A DNA stretch of 63,162 bases, filler included, from Octopus bimaculoides (lineage: Eukaryota): the NCBI RefSeq assembly GCF_001194135.2. It is 6 parts of 6 records of this genome, joined end to end, with 100 filler letters (N's around TTAATTAATTAA, not from the genome) between each part and the next. Parts side by side here need not be neighbours in the genome. Positions count along the whole stretch, not along the records: positions 13,702 to 20,986 come from NC_068993.1; positions 21,087 to 32,331 come from NC_068999.1; 4 more parts are not named here. The stretch is one strand, 5' to 3'. A model generated the notes under the pieces. That model ran no database searches. It had not been told where the DNA came from and worked only from the letters and a program-made list of their open reading frames with translations. The position numbers and the translations under genes were made by a program. Below are positions 14,027-25,135 of this stretch, in pieces. Within the stretch, counting starts at the first letter, position 1; each line of letters starts with the position of its first letter.

Positions 14027-14493
14027 TTGAACACTGGCAGTGGTTGAGTATATTCTTAAGTGCACCATGTCGTCAATCATGGCAACGTCCAAGCTTCACC
14101 ACTAATTCAGTTTTCAACTAAATTGTATACTGGTGATTGTTTTAAAGAGCACCCCTCCTCATCTACACTTTGGCATAAATAGTTTGAGATTTGGTTCAGC
14201 AGAAAAACTTTACATCAAAATATGTTAGACCTTAAGTGGGCAGTAAGACAGATATTCAACTTCAACTAACATAAATTTTTTAATTTCTAATTTAAAGTGT
14301 ACCTTTCTTAAGCTCAAATGATAGAAAGGTGTATGAGGAATTCAGAATCGGTAGTCGCTTTGAACAAAAATTAGTGAAACAGTTATAAGGTAAAATATTA
14401 CTAAATTTAATGTCGGTAACTGAGAAAGTACGAAGTAATGCCTAAGCCATAAGAATAAAGAATATATTTCTAAAATGAATGTTGGGATACTAA

Positions 14494-14595
14494 GGCGGTG
14501 AGCTGATAGAAACGTTAACTGGCCGGGCGGAATGCTTAGTGACATTTCGTCTTTGTTCATGTTTCGAGTTCAAATTTCGCCGAGGTCGGCTTAGA
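14494..14595 (+). mobile_element. tRNA-derived SINE head (same family as 1710-2485)
   Basis: ggcggtgagctgatagaaacgttaac...gagttcaaatttcgccgaggtcg. Confidence 0.8.
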
Positions 14596-15124
14596 CGTGC
14601 AGATTATTGAATTGATTTTTTAAAACTAAACACTTTCAAACTTCCGATACTGTTATAATGTGTCACATAGAACAGGGTTTACTCTTATGGTTTGTGACAA
14701 AATTTTGTATTTTAGAAGTTATTCCGTCAGAAGTTACAGGGTAACAATGGACAATTTCGTGTTTGATAAGTGCCAATACATGGAACTCTCAGCTTTTGAC
14801 TTACTCTCTAACTTCTGCCGATGATATATATACATATTACATATATGTGTAAAAAAAATCTCATCACGCAATAGAACCAATGAAAGAGCCTCTACCGGGT
14901 CGCTCGACACGCTAAAAATAGCAGCCAAAGTATCCCCCTACCTAAATCACATGCCCATTGTATGTAATTTCCAAGATTATCCCTAAAAAGACGGTTTACT
15001 GACGTCTGGAATGTCTTTGATGATACGTTTGCAGTATCAGGGTTTGTATGAGGCTAAATAACAACAACATTATGGTCTATTTTTATATTAACACCCGTAC
15101 GATTTTCACTCTCTTTACTCTCTC

Positions 15125-15340
15125 TTTTAATCTTTTACTTGTTTCAGTCATTTGACTGTGGCCATGCTGGAGCACCGCCTTTAGTCGAGCAAATCGATCC
15201 CAGGACTTATTCTTTGTAAGCCCAGTACTTATTCTATCGGTTCTTTTGCCGAACTGCTAATTTACGGGGACGTAAACACACCAGCATCGGTTGTCAAGCG
15301 ATGTTGGAAGGACAAACACTGATACGCAATCATATACATA
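15125..15340 (-). mobile_element. 3' body of a second abundant SINE family
   Basis: tttcagtcatttgactgtggccatgctggagcaccgcc...ggggacgtaaacacaccagcatcggttgtcaagcgatg. Homologous segments at 28845-29030, 38200-38320, 41580-41650 (opposite strand) and 55195-55330. Confidence 0.8.
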
Positions 15341-16327
15341 CGCATATATATATATATNNNNNNNNNNNNNNNNNNNNNNNNNNNNNNNNNNNNNNNNNNN
15401 NNNNNNNNNNNNNNNNNNNNNNNNNNNNNNNNNNNNNNNNNNNNNNNNNNNNNNNNNNNNNNNNNNNNNNNNNNNNNNNNNNNNNNNNNNNNNNNNNNNN
15501 NNNNNNNNNNNNNNNNNNNNNNNNNNNNNNNNNNNNNNNNNNNNNNNNNNNNNNNNNNNNNNNNNNNNNNNNNNNNNNNNNNNNNNNNNNNNNNNNNNNN
15601 NNNNNNNNNNNNNNNNNNNNNNNNNNNNNNNNNNNNNNNNNNNNNNNNNNNNNNNNNNNNNNNNNNNNNNNNNNNNNNNNNNNNNNNNNNNNNNNNNNNN
15701 NNNNNNNNNNNNNNNNNNNNNNNNNNNNNNNNNNNNNNNNNNNNNNNNNNNNNNNNNNNNNNNNNNNNNNNNNNNNNNNNNNNNNNNNNNNNNNNNNNNN
15801 NNNNNNNNNNNNNNNNNNNNNNNNNNNNNNNNNNNNNNNNNNNNNNNNNNNNNNNNNNNNNNNNNNNNNNNNNNNNNNNNNNNNNNNNNNNNNNNNNNNN
15901 NNNNNNNNNNNNNNNNNNNNNNNNNNNNNNNNNNNNNNNNNNNNNNNNNNNNNNNNNNNNNNNNNNNNNNNNNNNNNNNNNNNNNNNNNNNNNNNNNNNN
16001 NNNNNNNNNNNNNNNNNNNNNNNNNNNNNNNNNNNNNNNNNNNNNNNNNNNNNNNNNNNNNNNNNNNNNNNNNNNNNNNNNNNNNNNNNNNNNNNNNNNN
16101 NNNNNNNNNNNNNNNNNNNNNNNNNNNNNNNNNNNNNNNNNNNNNNNNNNNNNNNNNNNNNNNNNNNNNNNNNNNNNNNNNNNNNNNNNNNNNNNNNNNN
16201 NNNNNNNNNNNNNNNNNNNNNNNNNNNNNNNNNNNNNNNNNNNNNNNNNNNNNNNNNNNNNNNNNNNNNNNNNNNNNNNNNNNNNNNNNNNNNNNNNNNN
16301 NNNNNNNNNNNNNNNNNNNNNNNNNNN

Positions 16328-16372
<45 letters not shown>

Positions 16373-16569
16373 GTATATGTATATATATAACTGTATATAT
16401 AGATATGTATATACACACGCACGAACACCTTCATTTTGGGATCACCACTACTTTATTGTCTCCCCTTCTTCCTAGCTCTTCTGTGTGACCCCTCTGTCCG
16501 GCATTCGCCATGATAGATCGCTTGCCACTACACATACTATATTTTCTCTCCTTGTTTCTTTCTGTGTTA

Positions 16570-16605
16570 CTTTCTGTGGAAGGGCGTAAGCTCGAAATGT
16601 TAAAG
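16570..16605 (+). ncRNA. Minimal type I hammerhead-like motif (variant core, probably degenerate)
   Basis: CTTT-CTGTGGA-A-GGGC[GTAA]GCTC-GAAA-TGT-T-AAAG: stem I CTTT/AAAG, stem II with a GNRA loop, GAAA and a GUU triplet. Core A6 is changed to U. Confidence 0.55.
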
Positions 16606-16719
16606 ACTTGTCACTTCCCGAACGTTAAACTAATACATCTGTTTGTTGTCTACACCACCTGTCCTTGTCTATTTTTTTGTTTGTGAATTCTCCCCCTATA
16701 TAGATATGTATATATAAAT

Positions 16720-18010
16720 ATATCTATATAAGGAGGATTTCGTAATGAGATTGAAAAAAATCCAAGGCTGTGTATAATATAGAACATTTATAAATAGAAT
16801 ATCTTACAGCTGTTTCCAGGCTATTTATTATATCCCTTCGTCGGAGATGGTGTGAGAGGATGGTTAAGCAATGGTTAGTTTACATAAGATAGGAAATAGA
16901 GAGTGAATGTAGGGATATTGTATTTGTAAATCCATTGTTTAGGTAGAATGGTATTCATATAAGATTCCAATACCTTGTGAGTAAAATCCAGTAGTCTTTA
17001 AGATTGGTCGTTGCCTTTGTAAATCCATTATTAAGATTCCAATTTCCTATGAGTAAAATCCAACAGTCTTTGAAATTGGTCATTCTAAATACAGAGTTTA
17101 TACACAGTGTTACTGAATCAAGGGTTCTGTTTAAAGTGACCTAAAAGCAAGGGATGTATTATTAGTAGGGTCAAATCGAAAACAGGAATAAAGGAAGAGA
17201 AAAAAAGTGAGGAGAAATAGAAGAAAAAGGAATAAGAAAATAATAAAAGGAATAAAGAAAAGAAAAGAAAAAGGAATACAAAAAATAGAGATAAGGGAAA
17301 GTGTACCAGNNNNNNNNNNATACACAGTGTTACTGAATCAAGGGTTCTGTTTAAAGTGACCTAAAAGCAAGGGATGTATTATTAGTAGGGTCAAATCGAA
17401 AACAGGAATAAAGGAAGAGAAAAAAAGTGAGGAGAAATAGAAGAAAAAGGAATAAGAAAATAATAAAAGGAATAAAGAAAAGAAAAGAAAAAGGAATAAA
17501 GAAAAGAAAAGAAAAAGGAATACAAAAAATAGAGATAAGGGAAAGTGTACCAGAATGGTCAGTGAATATAACAAGAAAGTCGGAACAAGAGGATAAGGGT
17601 GAAATAGAGAGAAAGATATTAGAGTGTAGAAAGATAGAAGGAATGGGGGGGGGTATGGAGAGAGATATATAAAGATTTAAGGAGTGTCAATTGCAGTGAT
17701 GGAATCTAAATGATAGGGTAGAGAAAGGAATTAGGATGGTTGGACAGGTCAGTAGTATTAGTAGTAGAATAAAAACATGTGTACATGCACACCCGCATAT
17801 ACGTGTATCTGTATGTGTTATATACATGTATATATACCTTATATACATACATACATCCACATATAGACACGTACATACGTACGTGAATACACGCACATAT
17901 TCATGGATGCGCACACACCCGAATATAATTAGATAGTTGTGAAATTCTAGTATGAGTATAACTGAGGGGTTAGAAGTTAAAATATAGATTTATAAGGTTA
18001 TAGGGATTAT
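16720..18010 (-). mobile_element. 3' non-coding / pseudo-LTR region of the Penelope-like element
   Basis: Lies directly downstream of the GIY-YIG ORF and contains the hammerhead motif. Segments 16894-17030 and 17780-17960 recur, diverged and in the same orientation, at 20481-20920. Confidence 0.55.
16801..16848 (-). ncRNA. Penelope-associated minimal type I hammerhead-like motif (U4C variant)
   Basis: Minus strand ATCT-CCGACGA-AGGGATATAATAAATAGCCTG-GAA-ACAGCTGT-A-AGAT: stem I ATCT/AGAT, palindromic stem III ACAGCTGT, GUA triplet. Stem II is imperfect. Confidence 0.6.
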
Positions 18011-19119
18011 CTAAGGGGTATTGTGGAAATGTATTGTATGGTCATTTTGGCATTTGAATGTGTGGAAAAAGCGGTGATTACATGTGTTTAATGCCTCATT
18101 ATGTTTATTTAGCAGTGCTGGAGAGTTGTGCTTTAATATGTGAAGTGCCTCCTTCAGACAAGATTTGCAGGTTGAGCGTTGACCTCGAGAGGGAGGCCCT
18201 GAGTCCAATATGGACCATGATAGAGTATAGGATATATTTGTATTTTTGAGATGATGTATGTGGTTGGCAAGTGTTGTAGATTTACTATGTTTATCGTATC
18301 CAAACGAGTGGAGGTGAGCGGCATATCGGCATATGGTTGATCCTATGTATATGGCTGTAGAGTTGTGCAATACATTAAGGACAGTGCATTTGTAAATTAC
18401 ATTATAACTTCTGCAATGGGTTTGTAAGGGGCAGGTGGTTCCAAGACGGCAATTACAATTAGGTGAGATTTGGAGACTGTGTTCCGTAATAGGAGGTAGT
18501 ATCATCAGAGGAGAGGTTATAGAAGTGGGTAGAAGATTCTATATTATTAGTATTATTAACGTTATCATTACCAACGTTGCTATTATTATTTTTGTTGCTA
18601 TTAATTGCACTATTTGTAGGGGTGGTAGAGATTGTATTGGTGCTCTGGGCAGTGTCAGTATGATGGGTTGGGTTGTCGTTGTGGTCTGATATAAGGGTAT
18701 CTGTGCTGAAGCTATGCGTGTGTTGAGTGTTCGTATGACTAGAGTTGTGGTGATGTGAGTTTTTATTGTAAAGAGATAGCTTTTGCTTATTAGAGGCTGC
18801 TACAATAGATTCGAAGTTGGGTGAGGTAGAATAGGATAGTTTCAGGGTGGATCGATAGAATGACATTTATGTTGTCGAGGGAAGTTAGAGTCTAGTATTC
18901 TAAAGAAGAACTTAGCTACGTTCTTAACGTTAAGTGAGAAAGGGGGTGTGTACCACAGAATAGAGCGTCCGCCACTTTTTTAGGAGGTCTAGGAGTCGTG
19001 TTATCTAAGTTTTTAGGTAAAGGAATGCTATCTATATTTTTGGGGAAGGTATGCGGGTGGCAAGGCCTGCTATTGTTAGCAGTTTTAGTTGTTTTCTATT
19101 TTCACCTAGTGTTAAATGA
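18011..19119 (-). mobile_element. Penelope-like retroelement relic: RT thumb plus GIY-YIG endonuclease, frameshifted
   Basis: WYTPPFSLNVKNVAKFFFRILDSNFPRQHK...FYRSTLKLSYS (PLE thumb signature), then CNCRLGTTCPLQTHCRSYNVIYKC...YIGST...SF...STTLANHIHHLK...WSIL...CKSCLKEALHI...LLNKHNE...CNH (PLE GIY-YIG with CCHH-type residues). The 5' part is lost in the gap at 19120-19654. Confidence 0.9.
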
Positions 19120-19744
19120 NNNNNNNNNNNNNNNNNNNNNNNNNNNNNNNNNNNNNNNNNNNNNNNNNNNNNNNNNNNNNNNNNNNNNNNNNNNNNNNNN
19201 NNNNNNNNNNNNNNNNNNNNNNNNNNNNNNNNNNNNNNNNNNNNNNNNNNNNNNNNNNNNNNNNNNNNNNNNNNNNNNNNNNNNNNNNNNNNNNNNNNNN
19301 NNNNNNNNNNNNNNNNNNNNNNNNNNNNNNNNNNNNNNNNNNNNNNNNNNNNNNNNNNNNNNNNNNNNNNNNNNNNNNNNNNNNNNNNNNNNNNNNNNNN
19401 NNNNNNNNNNNNNNNNNNNNNNNNNNNNNNNNNNNNNNNNNNNNNNNNNNNNNNNNNNNNNNNNNNNNNNNNNNNNNNNNNNNNNNNNNNNNNNNNNNNN
19501 NNNNNNNNNNNNNNNNNNNNNNNNNNNNNNNNNNNNNNNNNNNNNNNNNNNNNNNNNNNNNNNNNNNNNNNNNNNNNNNNNNNNNNNNNNNNNNNNNNNN
19601 NNNNNNNNNNNNNNNNNNNNNNNNNNNNNNNNNNNNNNNNNNNNNNNNNNNNNNTATATATATATATATATTCATATATTCATGCATATATGTACATACC
19701 TACATATATATATATATGTATATATACGTGCATATATGTGTATA

Positions 19745-20360
19745 GGACGTCAAAAAATGTGAACGAAATGAAAAACGAGGACATAAAAACAAAAACATGA
19801 AAAACGAACTTTTTTTTTAACAACGAAAGAAACAAATAGAGAAACGAGACAGGCAACATAAAGAACAATCCCTTCATCGGTTGTCCACCGTTTTATCTAC
19901 TCTGATTTCAAACATTGGGACAAGACGCAACTTCGTTAAAACAGTTGTTCCCGCAAAGCAAATTAAATAATATTAGGGGTTTGCGGAGGGTTAAAGTGGT
20001 AACAAAAGCTCGACAGTAAGAACAAAACAGTAGAAACAAACGGTGAGGGCTGTTAAGCCATCATGAGGTGAAGTGGTGAACGCTGGAGAAATAAGCTTTG
20101 ACAAGAGACAGGCAAAAGTGTGTCTTGTCTCTTGTAAAGCAAGAAGAAGAAAGAAAGAAAGCCGCTGGTCACGTGTGAGCAACGAGAGCGTCAAGGTGAA
20201 AGAGTGGGGGAGAGAGGGAGAGAAAGAGAACGGTGAAGGGGAGGAGGAGAAAGACTAAAAGAAAGAAAAATAATAGAAGGAGAAAAGAGATAGTTGTATA
20301 GTGCGCATCAGAATTATTAAGATAAAACTTATTTGGAAATGGATGCGTTGCGTTCGATCA
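19745..20360 (-). mobile_element. Unclassified (probably PLE-related) repeat with hammerhead-like motif
   Basis: Homologous to 41650-42220 (+): shared ccctccgcaaa...atttaatttgct, TTGTCC...GGACAA-CYGANGA and acgcatcc...gatgcgcact blocks. Confidence 0.6.
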
Positions 20361-20480
20361 TATAATGTATGTATATATATNNNNNNNNNNNNNNNNNNNN
20401 NNNNNNNNNNNNNNNNNNNNNNNNNNNNNNNNNNNNNNNNNNNNNNNNNNNNNNNNNNNNNNNNNNNNNNNNNNNNNNNN

Positions 20481-20920
20481 GAAATAGAGAATGAATGTAG
20501 GGATATTGTATTTGTAAATCCATTGTTTAGTCAGAATGGTATACATACGAGCAATACCTTGTGAGTAAAATCCAATAGTCTTTAAGATTGGTCGTTGCCT
20601 TTGTGTATATATGTATGCATGAGACATGTATATATATATATATATTTTTATTCATACAGATGTTTATACATATCAATATCTACACATATAACTGGTACTC
20701 ATATGTACATGGATACATGCACATCCACATATGCGTGTACCTGCATGTCTTATCGCTCCTGTACATGCATGTATATATACCTTTTATACATACATATATT
20801 CACACATACACGCGTACATACATACGCGCATACACGCACATATGTATGGATGCACATACACGCGAATATAATTAGATGGTTGTGAAATTCGAGTATGAGT
20901 ATGAGTGAGGGTTTGACACC
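20481..20920 (-). mobile_element. Diverged partial copy of the Penelope terminal region (upstream pLTR-like)
   Basis: gaaatagagaatgaatgtagggatattgtatttgtaaatcc... matches 16894 onward; cgaatataattagatggttgtgaaattcgagtatgagt matches about 17920-17960. Confidence 0.65.
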
Positions 20921-21086
20921 ACCATCGTTCATAACCACTCTCTCTCTCTCCCTCTCTCTCTCTCCCTCTCTCTCTCTCCCTCTCTCNNNNNNNNNNNNNN
21001 NNNNNNNNNNNNNNNNNNNNNNNNNNNNNNTTAATTAATTAANNNNNNNNNNNNNNNNNNNNNNNNNNNNNNNNNNNNNNNNNNNN

Positions 21087-21130
<44 letters not shown>

Positions 21131-21159
21131 GTATGTACATATGTGCATGTTTGTGTGTA

Positions 21160-21382
21160 CCCTTGTCTTAACAGCATATGATAGTTATAAATGAGCATCA
21201 TTGTCATACAAGCAATGTTGTTTGCTCCCAGTCTCCCAACTATGGGGAAATATCACCTTGCTTGGTAACAAGTGAGAGTTGGTGACAATAAGGGCATTTA
21301 GCTGTAGAAAATCTGTCTCAACAAATTCCTTCTGATCCATGAAAGCATAGAAAAGTAAATGTCAAAGGATGATGATGATGAA
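21160..21382 (+). mobile_element. SINE/LINE 3' end with RTE-type (GAT)n tail
   Basis: agggcatttagctgtagaaaatctg...ccatgaaagcatagaaaagtaaatgtcaaaggatgatgatgatg is a diverged version of the tail at 27940-28090. Confidence 0.6.
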
Positions 21383-21864
21383 TCTATTCTTTGTTATTTC
21401 TAGCAAAACCCAGTCCTATACAGATGATATCATACTGCATTCTTTGACAACCTTGTGTACACAGGTTTCATCTATATGCAACCTCCTGACATGTACTACT
21501 TTGAAGGAAAAAGACTTGAAAATATCCTCTAATGGGGATATGATAACCTAGTCTTCTTTAACAGCAACAAAACTGAGTCACCACAGACATCAAGGAAACA
21601 CACTGATCAAAATTGTGCACCCACAATTCTCAAGCCTTCTTTATTCACTCAACTCTACTTCATCCCAAATCTTTATCCCTCAAACTACATTTTTCTGAAA
21701 TTTCCTGTTTGCATTTTCTCTATAGGCATGAACCCACAGAAATAAAAAACTAAATATTAGCTGTATTGATTTCACTAGTCTAGGCTATGAATGTCTACTT
21801 TCTCCTCTGAATTATTCTGTAAAAAAAAATTTTAAATGATTTTCTTTTTCATTTTCAATTTCAG

Positions 21865-21981
21865 AAATTTGGAAACTTTAACTTTGGTCCATACTATATT
21901 GGAGAAATTCATCTTTCAAACAGATATTCTTCTGGGAAAGATGGTTATTATATACCAGCTGCTGTTATCAAGTTGCCATGA
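21865..21981 (+). CDS. ASCC1: Terminal coding exon of activating signal cointegrator 1 complex subunit 1 (2H phosphoesterase / AKAP7-like C-terminus)
   Basis: Polypyrimidine acceptor ttttcaatttcag|AAA at 21864/21865. Reading from the first base gives KFGNFNFGPYYIGEIHLSNRYSSGKDGYYIPAAVIKLP* (TGA 21979-21981). This resembles the ASCC1 C-terminus as I recall it (human LFENFYFGSLKLNSIHISQRFTVDSFGNYASCGQIDFS*). AKAP7 is the less likely alternative. Upstream exons were not found in the window. Confidence 0.75.
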   Translation, partial: KFGNFNFGPYYIGEIHLSNRYSSGKDGYYIPAAVIKLP

Positions 21982-22192
21982 TGAAAAAAGGGAAAATGGC
22001 ACCTTGCTCAAATTTTGTGTCTTCATGACTGTATGGTTTGATTGAAAGGGCCATGCACCTATCTTGACTTGTTACTTAATACTAAGTATTAATATTGACT
22101 GATGTGGAAAACAAATCATCTGTTCACTATTTGTTACATTTGTTTCATCACCAGGTGATACTGGTTTCATGAATAACTTCTTGTAATTCATA

Positions 22193-22198
22193 AATAAA
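22193..22198 (+). promoter_or_regulatory. Candidate polyadenylation signal of ASCC1
   Basis: AATAAA about 210 nt after the stop codon, followed by T- and GT-rich sequence (ttttattctt...gtggttttctctg). Confidence 0.5.
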
Positions 22199-23092
22199 AA
22201 TTTTATTCTTAAAAACAGTGGTTTTCTCTGAAGAATTAGCATATTTAATGATTATCTAATCAATATGGTGTATACACTTTGGGGAAACCAATGCTTGTCT
22301 CCATAAATTGGGAAGATCAGTTCTTCAAACATAATGTTTAAGGTGAATTATGTCAATATATTGTGAAAAGAAGAACAGTCTGAGTTGTTTATTTTGAGGA
22401 AAATGAGAGAATATAATGAAAGCTGTATTTAAATAGAACAAGTAATTGAGAGACAAAATATTTATATATTGAGGAAGGAGAAAATTAAATGAAAGATTAG
22501 ATTAACAGGCAGAAGTTAGGTGTGTTACAGGAAAATTGTTGTGTTGAAAATGTGAAAAGGTCTGAAAAGAAATTTAAATAAATATTATGTTTGCATTCTT
22601 TTCTCATTCTCCATTCATTAACAACTTTATTCAAAACATTTCATTATCTTTATCATCAGGACTCACCACAATTGATGCCTTGGTTGGTATAAATGATGTG
22701 GATGCACATTCATTACAAATATACATAGATATCCTGAAAGGAATTCAAGATCCAAATAGGTCATTATTTTTTCAAAGAAAATTATTAGAATTATGAAGAT
22801 GCTTATGTATCTCGCAACAAGATACATATCTTTTGGAAAATTATGACAGAAATAAAATGGAAGAAAGTAATGTTAAAGTGTATTCTATTTGAAAGTAGAA
22901 ATATTTCCAGGAGTTTAATGAAATTAAATTACTATTGAAAGCAGAAATGACACTAGGCAACAGTAACACATTTACTGTGTAAATAGTTTTCATAGAAAAT
23001 TTTTCTATTGTAGTATGTTTATAGTATTATAATTAGATTATTGAAGGTCTGAAGGAATGGTGTACATAGTTTGATTTTCATGTTAGAAATGG

Positions 23093-25025
23093 ATTTGTAT
23101 ACATAATGATGATGATAGCTTTGACAGTCTCATGTGGGATATCATAGTTCAACAGGATAGTAACAAAGTTTTTTTCTTGAGACTATTGAATGCCTTGGAA
23201 ATCCACAAATATAATTTTTGCCTTTTGTTTAGAGGATCTGAGCTCTTGTATAATTCTTTTAAGACCAAGGATCTGTGGTGGTGTTGATCTATTTTAAAGC
23301 TAAAAGTGAGAGTGTGATTACTCTGTAGTTGTGAGGCAGGTGAAGATCATCTTTCTTTAGAAATGGAATAATTGAAGACTCTGAGAAGGTTGTTGCTTTG
23401 TTTCCTTTGTAGGTCTCATTACAGAAGTCCAAGAGATGCTTGTGGAAGAATGGACTTTTCCAAGTGATAACCCGGGGTGTTATCTGGTCCTGATGTCTTA
23501 CAGTTTCTTAACCTTTTTAGGCATTTTTGAAGCTCTTCTATCATAAATATGCCAATCTGAACTGGCAGATTATCTGCTACTTTGTAGTTGAAGAGAGGAT
23601 TGATTAGCATCTGTGTTACCAAGTTGCTATCTAAAGTGCTACTTTACATTGCTAGTCAGTGGTTTCCTCAATAATAGAGATCACTGAAAAGTTTTCTAGT
23701 TGGTAAGTTCCCTCAGAGCTGCTGAGATGGCAGCATACTTGTTTTCCTTATGATGGTTAAGTTCTTCAGTTTTGGACTTAAAGCATGCTTCTAGTGCCTC
23801 CTTGTATATCCCATCAAGTGGGACTTTAGCTGAATTGAGGTGCTTTTCAATATTCCTAGTTGACTTCGGTTGATGTTTCTGGGCTGTTTTCTTTAAATTT
23901 CCCCTGACCTTTGTTATCTTCTCATTGGAAGTACAGGTTAGTGATTTCTGTCTCTTCATTTAGAGTAATCCAGTCCAATATCTCTGTTGGTTGTGGTTAG
24001 GACAATTTTTGTCCTGAAGTCTGTCACAGAGAGTGATGAATCTATTATGTACTGAAACCAGAAACTCCTTGAATCATGTACAAAAACCATTCAAAATTTG
24101 TGCTGGCAATTTCAAATAAAGAGTTTCTAACAATAGCAGGAATCCTTCAGGGACACACTCTAGCATCTTTTCTCTTTGTCATTGTAGTAGACTACATCCT
24201 TAGGCAATGTCTTTATGCTACCCTAGACAAAGGCCTAATCATCAAACCATCATGCAGAAGCAGCTAAGATATCAATAGATCTTGCATCACTCTGATCTTG
24301 ACGTTGCTGATGATCTTACCCTCACAACTCATCTTCTGTGATGCACATGACTTGTTAACATCCCTTGAGAAAAAGCTGTATCCACAGTTGGTCTATTTCT
24401 CAGTGTAAGGAAGAATGACTACATGACCATCATTGAAGATAAAAGTCATCTGCCAGTTTGGTGGAGGTCAGTGGCCTCAAGTATTTTGTGTACTGTGTTG
24501 CTGACAATTAGAAAGGCTTACTTGCACACAAGGGACAATCATAAAGTGCTTGCAATGAGCTTCAAAACATCTGGTAATCAAGTATTTCAAAGTTAGCAGG
24601 GCTTACTTTCTTCAGAGTGTGTGTAGAGAGCATTCTTCTCTATGAAACTGAAATTTGGACTATGAAAAAGAAAGTTCAAGATTGCCTTGATACACTAGGT
24701 TCTAACGAGGCCTCAAAACATCTTATGACATAAACATTGGGCCAAAGTGGAAATTTATGGACTTATTTCACCCATCTCTACTGGTATATTCAATGCACGA
24801 TAGGCTTTTCTGGCCCTGTCAGTGTGCTGAGCAACAGGCCATATCATGTTATATTTTGGAGTTTTCTGCACTCTAATACAGGATGAAAACCACTTAACTA
24901 CATTGATGTTATTAGCAGAGACACATAACATGAAATTCAAGATTTACCAAAGCTAATGAGAAACAGAGACTTCTGGAAACATCTTATTTGTAGCTGCTTG
25001 GGGAAGAAGAAATTAAGAAATAAGG
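23093..25025. mobile_element. Decayed RTE-like LINE with an inverted 5' segment (23093-24072 minus, 24073-25025 plus)
   Basis: Minus arm: EFLVSVHNRF...ELQKCLKRLRNCKTSGPDN...IIPFLKKDDL..NYRVITL...QILGLKRIIQE..IIFVDF/KAF...YDIPHETVKAIIIIMY. Plus arm continues: IMYKN...AGILQGHTLASFLFVIVVDYILRQ...DLDVADDL...LLYETEIWT...MRNRDFWK. Confidence 0.85.
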
Positions 25026-25135
25026 TAGAATGGTCTCATTGCTACCATTACTGACAGAATATAAATTCTATTGCAGTTTCAGTGTAAAGAGTCCTTCTTT
25101 GGATATAAATGAATTATTGATTTGTAAGATAGGTA

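Noticed and set aside
22587-22796. ORF GLTTIDALVGINDVDAHSLQIYIDILKGIQDPN as a further exon
   Set aside because: No family recognised, weak donor, and it lies downstream of the ASCC1 stop and poly(A) signal.
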